NCBI GenBank assembly: GCA_903830915.1
Contig: CAIKVR010000354.1
Coordinates: 27,955 to 91,954 of the forward strand
Reading direction: 5' to 3'
Source of the DNA: an uncultured Bacteroidales bacterium
Lineage (GTDB): Bacteria > Bacteroidota > Bacteroidia > Bacteroidales > Paludibacteraceae
DNA: 64,000 bases
The position numbers were made by a program, and so were the translations under genes. This document shows, piece after piece, positions 47,699 to 58,478 of this stretch (positions within the stretch are counted from its first letter, which is position 1; each line of letters begins with the position of its first letter). The notes under the pieces are model-generated. The model was not told where the DNA came from. It saw only the letters and a list, made by a program, of their open reading frames with translations, and searched no databases.

Positions 47699-48487
47699 AT
47701 GAATCTCAACAGACTAATTATACTGATATTTGTTTCAGTATTACTTTTTAATGGCTGCGCAATTTACTATCCTCAAACAACAGATATCCCACTAATAAAA
47801 GAGAAAAATGAATTAAGAATGGATGGTGGAATCTCGTTATTCTATATTAATGGAGGAACATCTTTACTCCCTTCAATTAATGGAACAGCTAGTTATGGAT
47901 TGACTGATAAAATCGCAGTGCAGATTTCCGGAAATACGACACCAGGTTACGCTTATTATTCTCAAGGTTTATTCCAGTATCTGATTGCTGGTGCAATAGG
48001 ATTATATAAATATAACCCAAGAAATAACTGGACTAAAGAATTATATGTAGGAATTGGAAACGGGTTTTCCACTTATCATGACTATGATAATTATCATTCT
48101 GGGTCTTTATTAGGAAATTATCAAATTTATTATGTGCAGGGTAATATAGGACGCCGGGGTATTAAACATAAATTTTTAGAGTATGCTTTTGGATTAAAAC
48201 TGGGATTAATCAACTCTCATTTTTATGTTGAGGATGTTTATACCTTTACAAGTAAAATAACCGGTCAAAAATATAATGAACTAGGAGCATTTATAGAACC
48301 GGTTATTTCAATTAAGTTCGGTGGAGAAAGGCTAATGTTTAATATAAAACCAAGCTTTTGTTATATGAGAACAATTATTAAAACCAACAACAATGTTGGT
48401 GATCTATATGGGATTAACAAAGACTATGAATATCCATATTCTCCTTATGGTATTGGATTGAGTTTGAATTACCGGTTTTCAAAATAA
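47699..48487 (+). CDS. Putative outer-membrane beta-barrel lipoprotein, paralog 1
   Basis: Lipobox LFNGC; alternating beta strands; ends GIGLSLNYRFSK; start re-called at 47699. Confidence 0.7.
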   Translation: MNLNRLIILIFVSVLLFNGCAIYYPQTTDIPLIKEKNELRMDGGISLFYINGGTSLLPSINGTASYGLTDKIAVQISGNTTPGYAYYSQGLFQYLIAGAIGLYKYNPRNNWTKELYVGIGNGFSTYHDYDNYHSGSLLGNYQIYYVQGNIGRRGIKHKFLEYAFGLKLGLINSHFYVEDVYTFTSKITGQKYNELGAFIEPVISIKFGGERLMFNIKPSFCYMRTIIKTNNNVGDLYGINKDYEYPYSPYGIGLSLNYRFSK

Positions 48488-48634
48488 GATAGTAAGTACA
48501 AGCTTCTACGAATATTTTTGAATACGCAATTATTAATAAAAACCAAAATGAATAATATATGCTACACGATTGAATTTGTGAGGCAACGAGAGAAATAAAA
48601 TGTCTTAAATACCTCTAAATTAAAATATTCGGTT

Positions 48635-49402
48635 ATGAATCTCAACAAACTAATTATACTGATATTTATTTCAGTGCTTCTTTTCAATGGCTGTGCAATT
48701 TATTATCCTCAAACAACTGATATACCCCTAATAAAAGAGAAAAAAGAATTAAGAGTGGATGGTGGAATCTCTTTATTCCCTGCTATTAATGGAACAGTCA
48801 GCTATGGGTTGACGGATAAAATTGCGGTTCAGCTTTCCGGTAATTTAATGCCTGGAGCAGCATATTATTCCAAGCCTTTATTCCAATATTTGATAAACGG
48901 TGCTGTTGGATTGTATAAATATAATCCCACAAATAACTGGACAAAAGAATTATATGTAGGAATTGGCACCGGATATTCCACTGATTACGATTATGATCAT
49001 TATCATTCGGGTACTTTATTAGGAGATTATCAAATTTATTATGTGCAGGGAAATATAGGACGCCGGGGTATTAAACATAAATTTTTCGAATATGCTTTTG
49101 GATTAAAACTGGGATTAATTAACTCTCATTTGTCTGTTCAGGATGTTTATACTCATATTGGTCAAAGAGTTGAACAAAAATATAATGAATTAGGTGCTTT
49201 TATAGAACCGGCTATTTCAATTAAACTGGGTGGTGAAAGACTAATGTTTAATATCAAACCAAGTTATTGTTATATGAAAAAAATAATCAGTACTAACGAC
49301 CATTATTCTGATCAGGTTAGAGGGTATTCAGATTATAACTATGAATATCCATATTTCCCATTTGGTATTGGATTTAGTTTGAATTACCGGTTTTCAAAAT
49401 AA
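48635..49402 (+). CDS. Putative outer-membrane beta-barrel lipoprotein, paralog 2
   Basis: Colinear near-copy of 47699-48487. Confidence 0.7.
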   Translation: MNLNKLIILIFISVLLFNGCAIYYPQTTDIPLIKEKKELRVDGGISLFPAINGTVSYGLTDKIAVQLSGNLMPGAAYYSKPLFQYLINGAVGLYKYNPTNNWTKELYVGIGTGYSTDYDYDHYHSGTLLGDYQIYYVQGNIGRRGIKHKFFEYAFGLKLGLINSHLSVQDVYTHIGQRVEQKYNELGAFIEPAISIKLGGERLMFNIKPSYCYMKKIISTNDHYSDQVRGYSDYNYEYPYFPFGIGFSLNYRFSK

Positions 49403-49449
49403 GATAACAGACACTTGCCTGGCGCGGATTTGTCATTCTCATTTCGCAT

Positions 49450-49481
49450 AAAAAACCGCTGCAAATTCTGCAACGGTTTTT
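49450..49481 (+). terminator. Intrinsic terminator
   Basis: aaaaaccgctgca-loop-tgcaacggttttt. Confidence 0.65.
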
Positions 49482-49710
49482 ACTTTACTTTGCCGGATCA
49501 TTATCCGATGTCGGATTAACTTTACTTCTACATTTCAGTGCCTGATATTTTTTAGACAATGTTTTATTAAAGTTAACTAACTGAATGGTACTTGTTATGG
49601 AAGCTGATTCTTTTTTTTTGTACTTTTGTATTTGGTTTCTCCAAAAAAACGATGTATCTTAGTACGATTTTTAGTACAAACGGTTTTACAAACTCTAAAC
49701 TTTTAAAGCA

Positions 49711-50784
49711 ATGCAAAATAACTATTGTATCATTATGGCCGGTGGCGTTGGTAGCCGTTTTTGGCCTTTCAGTCGTAACGACCGTCCCAAACAGTTTCTT
49801 GATTTTTTTGGAACCGGACGATCACTTTTGCAAATGACTTTTGACCGGGTTAGGCATTTGGTGCCTGCTGAAAATATACTCATAGTTTCCAACGTGATTT
49901 ACAAAGAGTTAATACTGGAACAATTACCGGAGATTAATGCCAATCAGGTGTTACTCGAGCCAAACCGACGAAACACCGCTCCCTGCATTGCTTATGCTGT
50001 TAACCGCATTAAGGCCATCACCGATAAAGCAAATATCATCGTTGCTCCTTCCGATCATCTGATTATGAAAGAAGCCGATTTCCTGGATACTATTCGTACC
50101 GGTTTTGAATTTATTGAAAAAAATGACTGTCTGCTAACCTTGGGAATCAAGCCGAGTCGCCCCGAAACCGGTTATGGTTATATTCAAATTGACGAAGGTG
50201 AAACCAACCTGCGACGTGTGAAAACATTTACCGAAAAACCAAATGCCGACTTAGCGCAAATTTTTTACGAAACAGGTGAATTTTATTGGAACTCCGGTAT
50301 TTTCCTCTGGAATCTTCAGACTATTGTACAGGCTTTTGATAAATTATTGCCCGAAGTTTCTTCCAAATTTAATGCCGGTAAAGAGTTTTTCAACACGGAT
50401 AAAGAACAGGAATTTATTGACCAAATGTATCCATCCTGCCCCAATATTTCTATCGACTATGGGTTGATGGAAAAAGCGTCTAATGTACACGTTTTGTGCT
50501 CCGATTTTGGTTGGACGGACCTTGGCACCTGGGGTTCGTTGTATGAAATGTCGTCGAAAGATGAGCACGAAAATGTGACGCTGAAATGCAAAACGGCATT
50601 CTACGAAAGTGAAAACAATATCGTGGTACTACCTTCGGAAAAACTGGCTGTTATTAGTGATTTGAAAGGCTATATTGTGGCTGAATCGAACAACGTATTG
50701 CTTATCTGTAAACTCGAAGATGAACAACGCATCCGCCAGTTTGTGAACGATATGAACGTGAAATTTGACGGTAAATTTAATTGA
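49711..50784 (+). CDS. manC: Mannose-1-phosphate guanylyltransferase
   Basis: IMAGGVGSRFWP.SR...PKQFL, EP..RNTAP, PSDH, ETGYGYI, WNSGIF and SIDYG motifs. Confidence 0.95.
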   Translation: MQNNYCIIMAGGVGSRFWPFSRNDRPKQFLDFFGTGRSLLQMTFDRVRHLVPAENILIVSNVIYKELILEQLPEINANQVLLEPNRRNTAPCIAYAVNRIKAITDKANIIVAPSDHLIMKEADFLDTIRTGFEFIEKNDCLLTLGIKPSRPETGYGYIQIDEGETNLRRVKTFTEKPNADLAQIFYETGEFYWNSGIFLWNLQTIVQAFDKLLPEVSSKFNAGKEFFNTDKEQEFIDQMYPSCPNISIDYGLMEKASNVHVLCSDFGWTDLGTWGSLYEMSSKDEHENVTLKCKTAFYESENNIVVLPSEKLAVISDLKGYIVAESNNVLLICKLEDEQRIRQFVNDMNVKFDGKFN

Positions 50785-50806
50785 TTAAAGGATATTTAAA
50801 AGAATA

Positions 50807-51976
50807 ATGAATAATTTTAATTTCTATAGTCCCACCTATTTTGTTTTTGGGAAAGAGCGTGAAAACGAAGCCGGAAAATTCGTAAAACGTTTTGCCGGAA
50901 CACGCGTATTAATCCATTTTGGAAGTGGTTCAGTGCAAAAAAGCGGCTTACTCGATCGGGTAAAGGCTTCTTTATTGGCCGAAAACATCTATTTCACTGA
51001 ATTAGGTGGCGTAGTTCCAAACCCACGTAGCGGATTGGTTTATACCGGAATAGAAATCTGCAAAAGAGAGAAAATTGATTTCATTTTGGCAGTTGGTGGC
51101 GGAAGTGCGATTGATTCGGCCAAAGCCATTGCAGTTGGAGCGTTGTACGATGGTGATTTTTGGGATTTTTATGAAGGAAAACATCAGGCTAAAAATGCAT
51201 TAGCGGTAGCAACCATTCTGACTATCTCTGCAGCAGGAAGTGAAGGCTCAAGCGGTTCGGTGATCACTCACGAGAACGGCATGTTGAAACGTGCTTACGG
51301 TGGTGATTTTATGCGTCCGGTTTTTTCTATTCTTAATCCTGAACTTACCTGCTCATTGCCTGCTTATCAAACAGCCTGCGGCAGTACCGATATGATGGCA
51401 CATGTAATGGAACGTTATTTTACTAATACGAAAGACGTGGAAATTACCGACCGTCTGAGTGAAGCCATTTTGCTGACCGTAATAAAAGAAACACCCAAAG
51501 CACTCGCCAATCCGAATGATTATGAAGCACGTGCCAACCTTATGTGGGCTGGTATGGTTGCGCATAACGATACGTGCGGAGTTGGTCGTGACAGCGACTG
51601 GTCAAGCCATCAAATGGAACACGAACTTTCCGGATTATACGACGTAGCACACGGAGCTGGTTTGGCTGTTATGTTTCCTGCCTGGATGAAATATGTAATG
51701 AATCACGATATCATGCGGTTTGCACAGTTTGCCGTGCGTGTTTGGGGTTGTGAAATGAATTTTCAACATCCTGAAAAAACGGCTTTGCAGGGCATTGAAC
51801 GGTACGAACAGTTTATGACTTCTATCGGTATGCCAATCCGATTCTCACAACTAGGTGCAAAAGCTGAAGATATTCCAATACTTGTAAAAACAATGGGCTT
51901 AGGTAACAGAACGCAGGGAAGTTTTGTAAAACTGACAGAAGGAGATATTCGGAAGATTTATGAATTGGCAGTTTAA
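50807..51976 (+). CDS. Iron-containing alcohol (butanol) dehydrogenase
   Basis: AVGGGSAIDSAK, GSE, DMMAHVME and H.MEHELS..YD.AHGAGL motifs. Confidence 0.92.
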   Translation: MNNFNFYSPTYFVFGKERENEAGKFVKRFAGTRVLIHFGSGSVQKSGLLDRVKASLLAENIYFTELGGVVPNPRSGLVYTGIEICKREKIDFILAVGGGSAIDSAKAIAVGALYDGDFWDFYEGKHQAKNALAVATILTISAAGSEGSSGSVITHENGMLKRAYGGDFMRPVFSILNPELTCSLPAYQTACGSTDMMAHVMERYFTNTKDVEITDRLSEAILLTVIKETPKALANPNDYEARANLMWAGMVAHNDTCGVGRDSDWSSHQMEHELSGLYDVAHGAGLAVMFPAWMKYVMNHDIMRFAQFAVRVWGCEMNFQHPEKTALQGIERYEQFMTSIGMPIRFSQLGAKAEDIPILVKTMGLGNRTQGSFVKLTEGDIRKIYELAV

Positions 51977-52000
51977 GAATCGGTTGAAATAAATTTTGAT

Positions 52001-52039
52001 AAAAAAGCTTTTCCTTAACTATTGAGGAAAAGTTTTTTT
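52001..52039. terminator. Bidirectional terminator
   Basis: aaaaaagcttttccttaa-cta-ttgaggaaaagttttttt between convergent genes. Confidence 0.75.
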
Positions 52040-53252
52040 ACTTCTTACCCAAATCAATTTTTTCTTTATTCATTGATGCAGCAACGGCATTGGAAACCAT
52101 TGATCGCAACTTTACAACACTGCCTTTATCGTAAGGATGTACGCGGTTGGTTAGCAGAATAATGGAGATGTCATTGTCCGGATCAATTACGATAGAAGTT
52201 CCCGTGTAGCCGGTATGACAATAGGTATTTGCGCTTAAGGAATCACCTTTACAACTTGAATAATGTGATGACATATCCCAACCGAGTGTACGACCAAAAG
52301 CTTTGAGTGAATCGGGTACAGTACGCATTTCCTTTACAGTCATAGGATGAAGGATTCGATGATCATTCCATTCACCTCCGTTTTGTAACGCAGCTGCGAG
52401 TATGGCAATGTCATTGGCATTCGAAAACAATCCCGCATTTCCCGAAATTCCGCAATTAAACTGACGTGCAAGCGGGTCGTGAACAATTCCACGCAACACA
52501 TTCCCATTTTTAAGCATGGAAGTTGGTGCACAGTTTGCCATCAACTCACCACTCGGATTAAAATCGGTATGAGCCATGCCAAGCACATCGAAGATATTTT
52601 CTTTGGCAAAATCTCTCAGGCTCTTTCTACTGATTTTTTCAATGACGTGTTGTAAAGTAATAAAGTTCAAACAGCTGTATTCCATGCTCTTTCCCGGCTC
52701 AAAATCGCGTTTACACGAATCGATATAATGCATAAATCCGGTGGGATTTGAAGTGCCATATCTCTTTTTTATGAGAGTTTCAGGAGCATAAGAGGGTAAA
52801 CCTGAAGTGTGTGTCAATAAATTGACGATTCGAATATTAGCCTTTCGGTTAGGTTGAATCATATACACAAAGCCCGGAATATACATATTTACATCGTCCT
52901 GCAGCCGAAGTGAATCCCGTTCATATAATATCATAGCCGAAATGGCTGTGGCCATAGCTTTGGTACAGGATGCCATATCAAAAACCGTATTCACATCCAT
53001 TGGCACAATGCTTGGATAAATCTGCTTATTGCCATAGGCTTTCAGATAAGCCATTTTTCCATGACGAACTACTGCCAGTACTGCACCCGGTATTTCTTTT
53101 TTGTTAATGGCTGCCAAAATGATGCTATCAGCATTTTTTAGTTTAGCAGCATCAAGCCCAACTTGTCCTGGAAGGACTTCTTCAAGGGATTGTGCTGTTG
53201 ATATGCCAAAAGAACAAATCAACAACAGAATAAAAAGAAGGGTTTTCTTCAT
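52038..53252 (-). CDS. Exported serine hydrolase, beta-lactamase class C-like family
   Basis: FDMASCTK (SxxK), LLTHTSGL, YSC and HTGYTGT motifs. Confidence 0.9.
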   Translation of the reverse strand: MKKTLLFILLLICSFGISTAQSLEEVLPGQVGLDAAKLKNADSIILAAINKKEIPGAVLAVVRHGKMAYLKAYGNKQIYPSIVPMDVNTVFDMASCTKAMATAISAMILYERDSLRLQDDVNMYIPGFVYMIQPNRKANIRIVNLLTHTSGLPSYAPETLIKKRYGTSNPTGFMHYIDSCKRDFEPGKSMEYSCLNFITLQHVIEKISRKSLRDFAKENIFDVLGMAHTDFNPSGELMANCAPTSMLKNGNVLRGIVHDPLARQFNCGISGNAGLFSNANDIAILAAALQNGGEWNDHRILHPMTVKEMRTVPDSLKAFGRTLGWDMSSHYSSCKGDSLSANTYCHTGYTGTSIVIDPDNDISIILLTNRVHPYDKGSVVKLRSMVSNAVAASMNKEKIDLGKK

Positions 53253-53396
53253 ATCATCAAAAACTTTAATTTCAGGACAAAGATATACTTTTTTTGAGAG
53301 TCAAACTGCTTTAAAAGTATTGTTAGTTATTCTTAACTGTAAAAAAAAATGTACTTTTGCATTGTTTTTCCCCATTCACATGTTTAGAAATCAAAG

Positions 53397-54614
53397 ATGA
53401 CAACCAAATCTCTAAATATTCAATCAACCGAAATTAATCTACTGATTAATCTTCCAGCATCTAAAAGTATCAGCAACCGCGCTTTGATTCTGAATGCACT
53501 GGCATACAGTCCATTTGACATTCAAAATCTGTCGGATTGTGACGATACGCTGGTAACGGTGAAAGCGTTAGATTCTAATGATACTACTTTTGATATTGGT
53601 GCCGCCGGTACAGCCATGCGCTTTCTGACGGCTTTTCTTTCAAAAACAGTGGGTGAATGGGTAATTACGGGCAGCGAACGTATGAAAAACCGTCCGATTA
53701 AATTGTTGGTTGATGCCTTAACAAGCCTCGGAGCACGGATTGAATATGTGGAAAAAGAAGGTTTTCCGCCGCTTCGCATTTTTGGAAGTGCATTGATGGG
53801 CGGCGAAATTTCGTTGAATGGCGGTGTTAGCAGTCAGTATATTTCGGCAATGATGATGATTGCACCGTATATGCAAAACGGATTAAAAATTAAATTGGAA
53901 GGCAATGTAATTTCCGTTCCGTATATCCGCATGACCATGAGCATGATGAAAGAATACGGTGTGGATGTTACTTTCGAAAACAATGAGATTGATATTAAAC
54001 CGCAATTGTACAAGCCGATTCAATACAAGGTCGAATCAGACTGGTCGGCAGCTTCGTATTGGTACGAAATTCTTTCAGTTTCCGGAAAAGGTCAGCTATT
54101 TTTGCAAGCTTTGAATGCCAATAGTTCTCAGGGCGACAGCAAAGTGGCCGAACTTTTCGAGCAACTTGGTGTAAATACAGATTATCAACCGGATGGAGTT
54201 TTACTTACAACTTCCGACAATTACGTTTCGAAATTTGAATATGATTTTGTGGATCAACCCGATTTGGCTCAGACTTTTGCGGTCACTTGCTGTCTGAAAA
54301 ATATCCCATTTCATTTCAAAGGGCTGCAAAGTCTGAAAATTAAAGAAACCAACCGTATTGCTGCATTAATAAACGAATTAGCAAAATTGGGTTACGTAAT
54401 ATTTGAACCAACAGAAGGAGAACTCGAATGGGCTGGAGAGCGATGTGAAGCAGCCCAAGGAATCTGCATCGCCACGTACGATGACCACCGCATGGCTATG
54501 GCATTTGCTCCTGCAGCACTTAAAATACCTATTGTTATTGAAGAACCCAAAGTGGTAAGTAAATCATACCCGAATTTTTGGAAAGACTTTGATAAATTAG
54601 CCACTAAACCCTAA
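53397..54614 (+). CDS. aroA: EPSP synthase
   Basis: PASKSISNR, GAAGTAMRF, SSQYIS, KETNRI, DDHRMAM and KSYP motifs. Confidence 0.97.
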   Translation: MTTKSLNIQSTEINLLINLPASKSISNRALILNALAYSPFDIQNLSDCDDTLVTVKALDSNDTTFDIGAAGTAMRFLTAFLSKTVGEWVITGSERMKNRPIKLLVDALTSLGARIEYVEKEGFPPLRIFGSALMGGEISLNGGVSSQYISAMMMIAPYMQNGLKIKLEGNVISVPYIRMTMSMMKEYGVDVTFENNEIDIKPQLYKPIQYKVESDWSAASYWYEILSVSGKGQLFLQALNANSSQGDSKVAELFEQLGVNTDYQPDGVLLTTSDNYVSKFEYDFVDQPDLAQTFAVTCCLKNIPFHFKGLQSLKIKETNRIAALINELAKLGYVIFEPTEGELEWAGERCEAAQGICIATYDDHRMAMAFAPAALKIPIVIEEPKVVSKSYPNFWKDFDKLATKP

Positions 54615-54620
54615 AGGGAT

Positions 54621-55850
54621 TTATGTTACTTCACTTCCAAATTCCCCATCCGCCACAAATGTGTGAATTTTATCACCCATTTTCACTTGTTTGCTAGAAG
54701 TAATTCGTTTACCGTTCAGGGTTGTAATGGTATAACCATGCTTTAGTAAAAAGGTTGGAGAATGTGTTTCAATGTTCTTTTCAAGCAATGCTAACAAGCT
54801 AGATTGCTTTAATAGTTGCATTCGAACCGTAGATTTCAACCGGCTTTTCTGACGTTCAAGAACATAACTTTTCTGAACAACCCAACTTTGTAAAATCTGT
54901 CGAATCCGTAATTTTGTTTGATCAAAGAACCGAACTTCATCTTCAATGTAGGTTCGGATTATATCCTGAATATCAGCAGCTAAATTCACGACATGATTTT
55001 CGGCTTCCTGCATTGTTGAGATTAGAAATTCAGCAGCTGCAGTAGGCGTTTTTACACTGGTATAAGCCACCATATCCAGAATTGAAATATCCCGCTGATG
55101 ACCAATTCCAGAAATAATGGGCAATGGAAACTGGGCGCAATTCAGTGCCAGTTCGTAAGAATCGAAACAGGCTAAATCAGTTATAGCTCCTCCACCACGA
55201 ATGATTACCACCACATCGAACAAATCCAGGGTTGAATATATTTTCTCTAATGCTGCAATAATTGATTTATCGGCCTGATCGCCCTGCATAATGGCCGAAA
55301 AAAGTTTTTTATGAAAAGCAAATTTGGAAGAATCATTGGCAAGTTGGTCGCAGAAATCACCGTAACCGGCCGCTGTAGCTGAAGAAATGATTGCCAAGCG
55401 TTGCGGAAGAACCGGAAAATCAAGTTGTTTATTCATTTCCACAATGCCATCTGCTTCCAACTGACGAATGATCTGCAAGCGTCGTGCAGCCATTTCGCCA
55501 ATAGTAAAAGTCGGGTCAATGTCACGTATATTCAGACTAAAACCATACAAACCATGAAATTCAACCGAAACTGCTACCAAAACATTCAACCCCGAACGCA
55601 GTGATTGGCCGGTACTGCTTTCAAAATAGGGTTTCAACATACGATAAGTCGAAGCCCAAATGGTTACTTTCGTTTTGGCCAACAAGATATCCGATGTGCT
55701 GTCTTTTTCAATCAGCTCCAGATAACAATGACCGCCCGGATTTTCGCGCAACTCACTAATTTCGGCACGAATCCAGACTGATGAATCAAAATTCGACCGG
55801 ATGGTTTCCTGAATTTGAGTAGTAAGTTCGGAAAGGGAGATGGAATTCAT
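54621..55850 (-). CDS. xseA: Exodeoxyribonuclease VII large subunit
   Basis: WIRAEIS, GHCY, IIRGGG, GIGH.RD and KTPTAAA motifs. Confidence 0.95.
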   Translation of the reverse strand: MNSISLSELTTQIQETIRSNFDSSVWIRAEISELRENPGGHCYLELIEKDSTSDILLAKTKVTIWASTYRMLKPYFESSTGQSLRSGLNVLVAVSVEFHGLYGFSLNIRDIDPTFTIGEMAARRLQIIRQLEADGIVEMNKQLDFPVLPQRLAIISSATAAGYGDFCDQLANDSSKFAFHKKLFSAIMQGDQADKSIIAALEKIYSTLDLFDVVVIIRGGGAITDLACFDSYELALNCAQFPLPIISGIGHQRDISILDMVAYTSVKTPTAAAEFLISTMQEAENHVVNLAADIQDIIRTYIEDEVRFFDQTKLRIRQILQSWVVQKSYVLERQKSRLKSTVRMQLLKQSSLLALLEKNIETHSPTFLLKHGYTITTLNGKRITSSKQVKMGDKIHTFVADGEFGSEVT

Positions 55851-55927
55851 TGATTTAGTTTGAAAAGTTTCAGCTTTTGAGTGGTTTTCTTACCACTACT
55901 ACCTGTTTTTTTACTGCTTACTGCCGA

Positions 55928-57565
55928 CTATAAACTAATCACAATTTTTCTTGTTTCAGTTTTTCCATTTTCAGTCACACAAACCGCATAAATTCCAGTC
56001 GGGAAATTGGAGGTTTTAATTACGGTGTAGGAATCAGTAATTGCCTGGTTGACGATTTGTTTTCCGGTAATGGAATAAATTTGAATAGTTGCCTGAATAG
56101 GTGTATTTCCGCCCAAAAATCGAATTGTCAATGTTTTAAAAATGGTATTTTCAGCTAAAACAAAACTATTTTTCTGCAATTGCTGAACCGAATCAAAAGT
56201 AGTCAGATTTTGTTCTGCAACCTTAAAATCAGGAATTCCGTAACCTATTTGAGCTGTAGGATTATTGTATATACTACCGGTTCTGAAAATAGTTTGCAGC
56301 AAACTCCAAACACTTGGATTTTGAGTTTGCGTTTTGTATTTTTGAAGCAAACAAGCTATCATACCAGCCATTATCGGCGTAGCAAAAGAAGTTCCGTTAC
56401 CATAAGTTGGTGTTCCTGCTGTATTTACTAAAGCTGAAGAAGTTCCGGTTGCACAGATTTCGGGTTTTACACGCCCGTCGTAACTTGGACCGAATGAAGT
56501 AAATGTACTCGGAACTCCTGTCGAAGTTACTGCACCAACCGAAATAATTCCATCAGCATCGGCCGGAGAACCGATATATTTCCATGCATTTTGACCTTCA
56601 TTTCCCGCTGCAACTAATACCACCATCCCTTTTTTAGAAGCAATAGTGGCAGCACGACTAGCACGTGAAACTTTGCCGTTCATATCGGCATAAGTAAAAC
56701 TCATGTCTGGATCATCGAAGGTATAATAACCCAGGGACGAAGTAGCTATATCGGCTCCTACACTATCGGCATATTCAATTCCTGAGCACCAAAAATCGGT
56801 TTCCACTTTGTACTCGGTCGGACTATATTCTGTCCGAATCAACCAGTAAGATGCATCCGGTGCTGTACCCAGATATTGTCCGGGCATATTTCCGGTCATA
56901 GTCGATAGTACCATTGCACCGTGCGTATCTTCAGAATAAATATTCGAAGCCGGATTAATCACATCTTTTGTTCCGAGTAATCTGCCTTGTAAGCGCAAAC
57001 TATCAAAACAGGAATTTATATTTACATTCGTAAAACCGGCATCAATCACCGCGACCTGAATTCCTTTTCCTTTGAAACCCTCGGTATGAAGAAAAGTTCC
57101 ATTGAGCTGAGTAATTTGCCCAGCAGCAATTCCATAATTCAGGGTTTCCCTGGCATTTTGCTTCGTTGGAGGTGCTAAGGGTGCTCCAACCAACAAACCG
57201 GTATATTGCACAAATTTCACACAAGTCAAAGCCCTCACCTGACTTATTTTAGTTGAATCGGTCAGTTTTACTGTCAAACCATTCAACCACTTACTGGTGC
57301 AATGCACATGAACACCCAAATTTTCAATTTGTTGAATATAGGCCGGATTTACAGGCAAATCGGTAGAATCAACGGCTACATTAAAAGATGTACGACGAGC
57401 TATAGCACGTGCTGACAGATAAGTTGAGGGATTAGAAAGTGTATAGGGAGAATTGTTTTTATTGGCCAACTGAACGTAGAAGTAATAATTGGTTTGAGCA
57501 CTTATTGTAGCCGACATACCGGATAATACTGCCATTAACAGAGCATATGTAAATATTCTTTTCAT
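55928..57565 (-). CDS. S8 subtilisin-like peptidase with T9SS CTD
   Basis: VIDAGF, HGAMV, AAGNEG and GTSFATP catalytic motifs; C-terminal GIY.V......RKIVI. Confidence 0.93.
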   Translation of the reverse strand: MKRIFTYALLMAVLSGMSATISAQTNYYFYVQLANKNNSPYTLSNPSTYLSARAIARRTSFNVAVDSTDLPVNPAYIQQIENLGVHVHCTSKWLNGLTVKLTDSTKISQVRALTCVKFVQYTGLLVGAPLAPPTKQNARETLNYGIAAGQITQLNGTFLHTEGFKGKGIQVAVIDAGFTNVNINSCFDSLRLQGRLLGTKDVINPASNIYSEDTHGAMVLSTMTGNMPGQYLGTAPDASYWLIRTEYSPTEYKVETDFWCSGIEYADSVGADIATSSLGYYTFDDPDMSFTYADMNGKVSRASRAATIASKKGMVVLVAAGNEGQNAWKYIGSPADADGIISVGAVTSTGVPSTFTSFGPSYDGRVKPEICATGTSSALVNTAGTPTYGNGTSFATPIMAGMIACLLQKYKTQTQNPSVWSLLQTIFRTGSIYNNPTAQIGYGIPDFKVAEQNLTTFDSVQQLQKNSFVLAENTIFKTLTIRFLGGNTPIQATIQIYSITGKQIVNQAITDSYTVIKTSNFPTGIYAVCVTENGKTETRKIVISL

Positions 57566-57715
57566 AATCGTGTTGTTATTAATTGCTGCAAAAATACGAT
57601 TTTTATTGCTAGAAGTAATTTAGTGCATTAAATTTATAAAACAATTTTCTTCAAGAGTTGGTTTGTTAATGATTTTTTGTATTTTTGTTGGGTTAAAATA
57701 ATCGTTTATACTTAA

Positions 57716-58390
57716 ATGAAATCCAAAATGAAAAATCAATTTTCAAAAACAAAAAAAACGCTTTGTATAGCGATAATATCGCTTATTACAGTTACTACTT
57801 CAGTAAATGCTCAAACTTCTAGTTCTTCAAATCAGGACATCAATAAAGCGGTTAAAGTTCTTGATGACAAAATTTTAGCATCCGATTTTGATTTATCTAG
57901 CATTGAGGCAAAAAACATTGAATCACTAAGCGTAATGAAACCCGATTCAATAAATAAAGTTGCTGATCTGGTTGCAAAATATGGAGAAAATGCAAAATAT
58001 GGTGTGATTTTGATAAAAACTAAAAAGAGAGAGGCTGATCTTATTGAAATTAAACCAACTGAAGAAAATGATGAAAAAATATATCAGGTTGTTCAACAAA
58101 TGCCACAGTTTCCTGGTGGCGAAACAGGATTATTAAATTTTATTTGTAGGAATATTAAATATCCTGTTAATGCTCAACAAAACAGGATACAAGGTAGAGT
58201 TATTGTTCGCTTTGTAGTTTCAAAAACCGGACAAGTTGACAGAGTGGAGGTTATACGTTCATTATTCTCAGATTGCGATAAAGAAGCAGTCCGTGTAATA
58301 AAACTCCTTCCAAAATTCATTCCCGGCAAACAAAACGGAGAAAATGTAGCGGTTTGGTACACATTGCCAATATCTTTTAAATTACAATAA
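57716..58390 (+). CDS. TonB C-terminal-domain protein with a short plug-like segment
   Basis: QMPQFPGG...IKYP..A....IQGRVIVRFVV...D.EAVRV...PGKQ.G..V.V.YTLPI.F. Confidence 0.88.
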   Translation: MKSKMKNQFSKTKKTLCIAIISLITVTTSVNAQTSSSSNQDINKAVKVLDDKILASDFDLSSIEAKNIESLSVMKPDSINKVADLVAKYGENAKYGVILIKTKKREADLIEIKPTEENDEKIYQVVQQMPQFPGGETGLLNFICRNIKYPVNAQQNRIQGRVIVRFVVSKTGQVDRVEVIRSLFSDCDKEAVRVIKLLPKFIPGKQNGENVAVWYTLPISFKLQ

Positions 58391-58478
58391 CTCATTCCAA
58401 TTCTTATTCGTATTTTTGTTTTCAAACTACATAAATTACGTGACGTTTGTGTTCTTAGTGCCTTAGTGGTTAAACAAC

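Noticed and set aside
52038-53252. Bona fide antibiotic-resistance beta-lactamase
   Set aside because: YSC and HTG motifs and the VHDP segment fit the broad esterase/peptidoglycan-recycling hydrolase group; resistance cannot be inferred.
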